This document shows positions 5,030 through 6,682 of a stretch of DNA of 6,682 nucleotides, one piece after another (positions within the stretch are counted from its first letter, which is position 1; each line of letters begins with the position of its first letter). This stretch comes from Nanopusillaceae archaeon. Lineage in GTDB: Archaea > Nanobdellota > Nanobdellia > Nanobdellales > Nanobdellaceae. The notes under the pieces are model-generated. The model made no database searches, was not told where the DNA came from, and saw nothing but the letters and a program-made list of their open reading frames with translations. The stretch is taken from positions 1 through 6,682 of the forward strand of contig JAWBIX010000021.1 in the NCBI GenBank assembly GCA_038833255.1, read 5' to 3'. The position numbers and the translations under genes were made by a program.

Positions 5030-5860
5030 ATGGTAATAAATGAAGAATTAGTTTCTAAAATTAAAGCAATTTTTGGTTTAAATACTTATGAAGCTAAAAT
5101 ATGGTTAGCTCTTCTTGCTAAAGGAAATGCTACAGCAAGTGAGTTGGCAGATCTTGCTGATATTCCTAGATCTAGGGCATACGATATTTTAGAATCTTTG
5201 GAGAAAAAAGGATTTACAATCATGAAATTAGGAAAACCCATTCGTTATATGGCTGTTCCCCCAAGTGATGTTATTGAAAGATTAAAAAGAAGATACGAAG
5301 ATCTTTATATTACAAAAATTAAAAATTTAGATGGAATTAAAAATTCGGATATATTAAAACAATTGCAGGAAATATTTGAAAGAGGAGTAGTTAGCCTAGA
5401 TATTTCCGAAAAATCAGGTACTTTAAGAGGATATCAAAATATAATTAGTCATATTGAGAGCATGATAAAAAGTGCAGAAGAAAGAGTGAATATAATTTCA
5501 ACAGAAATGTTTTTTGTTAGACAAACTATGACTCTTAAACCAGTTTTTATGGGATTAAAGGATAGAGGAGTAAATGTAAATATAATAGTCCCTATAAAGG
5601 AAGAAAATGCAAAATTTGTTAAAGAAATGTTAAATTATGCTAGGATATATGATGCTGGAGATTTAAGAGGAAGGTTAATAACAGTAGATTCTGAAGAAAT
5701 AATGATTATGCTATTTGATGAAAAAGAAGTTCATAGTGTTGCAGATGTTGGAGTTTGGTTATATGCTCCAGCATTTGCAAAAACAATTGATAAAATTATT
5801 GAAGATATGCTACCAAAGCTTAAGCCAGCAGAAAAAGTATTAGAAGAACTAAAGCTTTAA
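5030..5860 (+). CDS. TrmB-family winged-helix transcriptional regulator (short form, no obvious sugar-binding domain)
   Basis: 276-aa ORF. The N-terminus, LNTYEAKIWLALLAKGNATASELADLADIPRSRAYDILESLEKKGF, is the characteristic TrmB-type wHTH. It is followed by a coiled-coil-like linker and a C-terminal domain of about 150 aa. Confidence 0.85.
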   Translation: MVINEELVSKIKAIFGLNTYEAKIWLALLAKGNATASELADLADIPRSRAYDILESLEKKGFTIMKLGKPIRYMAVPPSDVIERLKRRYEDLYITKIKNLDGIKNSDILKQLQEIFERGVVSLDISEKSGTLRGYQNIISHIESMIKSAEERVNIISTEMFFVRQTMTLKPVFMGLKDRGVNVNIIVPIKEENAKFVKEMLNYARIYDAGDLRGRLITVDSEEIMIMLFDEKEVHSVADVGVWLYAPAFAKTIDKIIEDMLPKLKPAEKVLEELKL

Positions 5861-6448
5861 ATTTTTTATTTCTTTTAGCAAATTATCAATAGTATTTATT
5901 AAGGGATATAAAGAAGGTTTATATATTTTATTTCCCCATTCTTCATAAAATACAACTTCTGAAAGCTTTTTTCTTTCTGGAGGTTTAGGATTTTCTTTTG
6001 GAACACCAACAGTAATTAGAGCATGTATGCTAATTTCTTTAGGGATTTTTAACAATTCTTTTATTTTGTTTTCATCAAAAGCACCAATCCAACAAGTACC
6101 TAAATTTTTTTCAGTAGCTAGAAGTAAAATATTTTCTATTGCAGCTGCAGTATTTTGTATTGCATACATTTTTCCTCTTTCACCGTAAATACTCTCAACT
6201 ATTTTATCATTAGAACATACAACTATTATTACAGGGGAATTTTTTATAAATTCCTGATCTGCAAATTCTGCTATTTTTTTTATTTTATCTTTATTTTTTA
6301 TTACAATAAAATACCAATTTTGTAAATTTCCTGATGACGGAGCCCAGATTGCAGCTTCGAGCAATTCATTAATATCTTCATAAGAAATATCCACATTTTC
6401 ATATTTTCTTATACTTCTTCTTTGTTTTATCAAATCTATTAATCCCAT
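5849..6448 (-). CDS. Nitroreductase-family FMN-dependent oxidoreductase
   Basis: 199-aa ORF. The N-terminus, LIKQRRSIRKY...INELLEAAIWAPSSGNLQNWYFIVI, is the nitroreductase-fold FMN-binding signature (RRS.R.Y, AP.S.N.Q.W.F). The later segment NILLLATEKNLGTCWIG fits the same family. The substrate cannot be inferred. Confidence 0.88.
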   Translation of the reverse strand: MGLIDLIKQRRSIRKYENVDISYEDINELLEAAIWAPSSGNLQNWYFIVIKNKDKIKKIAEFADQEFIKNSPVIIVVCSNDKIVESIYGERGKMYAIQNTAAAIENILLLATEKNLGTCWIGAFDENKIKELLKIPKEISIHALITVGVPKENPKPPERKKLSEVVFYEEWGNKIYKPSLYPLINTIDNLLKEIKNLKL

Positions 6449-6452
6449 TAAA

Positions 6453-6682
6453 TTATAATTTAGACCATAGGATTAAAGGATTATATATTAGCAAGAGTAT
6501 TAATATTAAAGGATTTAAATTTATTAAATAAAATAGACAATTTGTAATAATGTTAAAAATAAGCAAGATTTTCTTTTTATAAATAAATTCATATAGTAGA
6601 AGAAATATTAATGCTGGAAGTAAATAAATATTAATAAGAAACAGCAAAATTTGTATAGCAATAATTAAATTATTAATTATCT
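6453..6682 (-). CDS. Possible C-terminal part of a hydrophobic (multi-TM) membrane protein; frame still open at the right edge
   Basis: The tracked 64-aa ORF starts at a TTG (6645-6647), not an ATG. The same frame stays stop-free through 6682, so the gene may begin outside the window. The product is extremely hydrophobic (L/I/F/Y/N-rich) and ends 4 nt before the nitroreductase ATG, an operon-like junction. About 76 stop-free codons is improbable by chance in this AT-rich composition. However, the sequence is low-complexity and could instead be the promoter region of the nitroreductase gene. Confidence 0.4.
   Translation of the reverse strand, partial: IINNLIIAIQILLFLINIYLLPALIFLLLYEFIYKKKILLIFNIITNCLFYLINLNPLILILLLIYNPLILWSKL
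6472..6515. repeat. 11-bp direct repeat ATTAAAGGATT x2 (6472-6482 and 6505-6515, 33-bp period)
   Basis: The two copies are identical on direct reading. On the - strand they read AATCCTTTAAT and bracket a TATA-like TAATATATAA (6481-6490), 24-67 nt upstream of the nitroreductase ATG. In the hydrophobic ORF they encode the duplicated peptide NPLI in the same codon phase. Confidence 0.5.

Noticed and set aside
1-6682. Search for CRISPR arrays, transposases/IS ends, integrases, toxin-antitoxin pairs, restriction-modification or other defence modules
   Set aside because: None found. There are no regularly spaced repeats of 24 bp or longer, and every sizeable ORF except the 97-aa orphan and the two edge fragments has a clear housekeeping identity. 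Composition is uniform across the window, with no sign of a foreign island.

Overview
This is a very AT-rich, tightly packed chromosomal segment (by eye about a quarter to 30% G+C). I assign it to an archaeon because it combines deoxyhypusine synthase, a TrmB-family regulator, an ATP-dependent Lig1-type DNA ligase, FtsZ and a C/D box sRNA. The proteins are I/K/E-rich. Gene order, left to right: a partial unidentified CDS (+); a hairpin/oligo-T terminator; a C/D box sRNA (+) missing from the ORF track; deoxyhypusine synthase (-); a free-standing Trbp111/CsaA-like tRNA-binding domain protein (+); a 97-aa orphan membrane-anchored Cys-containing protein (-); a long 225-bp intergenic region; FtsZ (+); ATP-dependent DNA ligase (+); a TrmB-family wHTH regulator (+); a nitroreductase-family flavoprotein (-); and a hydrophobic ORF still open at the right edge (-). 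No start codon has a recognisable Shine-Dalgarno sequence. Almost every start has a TATA-like word centred about 25-30 nt upstream, which suggests mostly leaderless mRNAs. I see no CRISPR array, transposase, integrase, tRNA/rRNA gene or recognisable defence or toxin module, so this reads as a core housekeeping region rather than an accessory island. I cannot honestly claim a novel multi-gene system. The items most worth follow-up are: (1) the textbook C/D box sRNA at about 275-331 and its possible peptidyl-transferase-centre target; (2) the orphan small membrane protein transcribed divergently from ftsZ, together with the unusually long, motif-bearing ftsZ upstream region; and (3) several compact regulatory arrangements (crossing divergent promoters, a 22-bp perfect palindrome containing a TATA box, and an in-phase convergent gene overlap). 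All family calls come from motif recognition by eye; no database search was possible.
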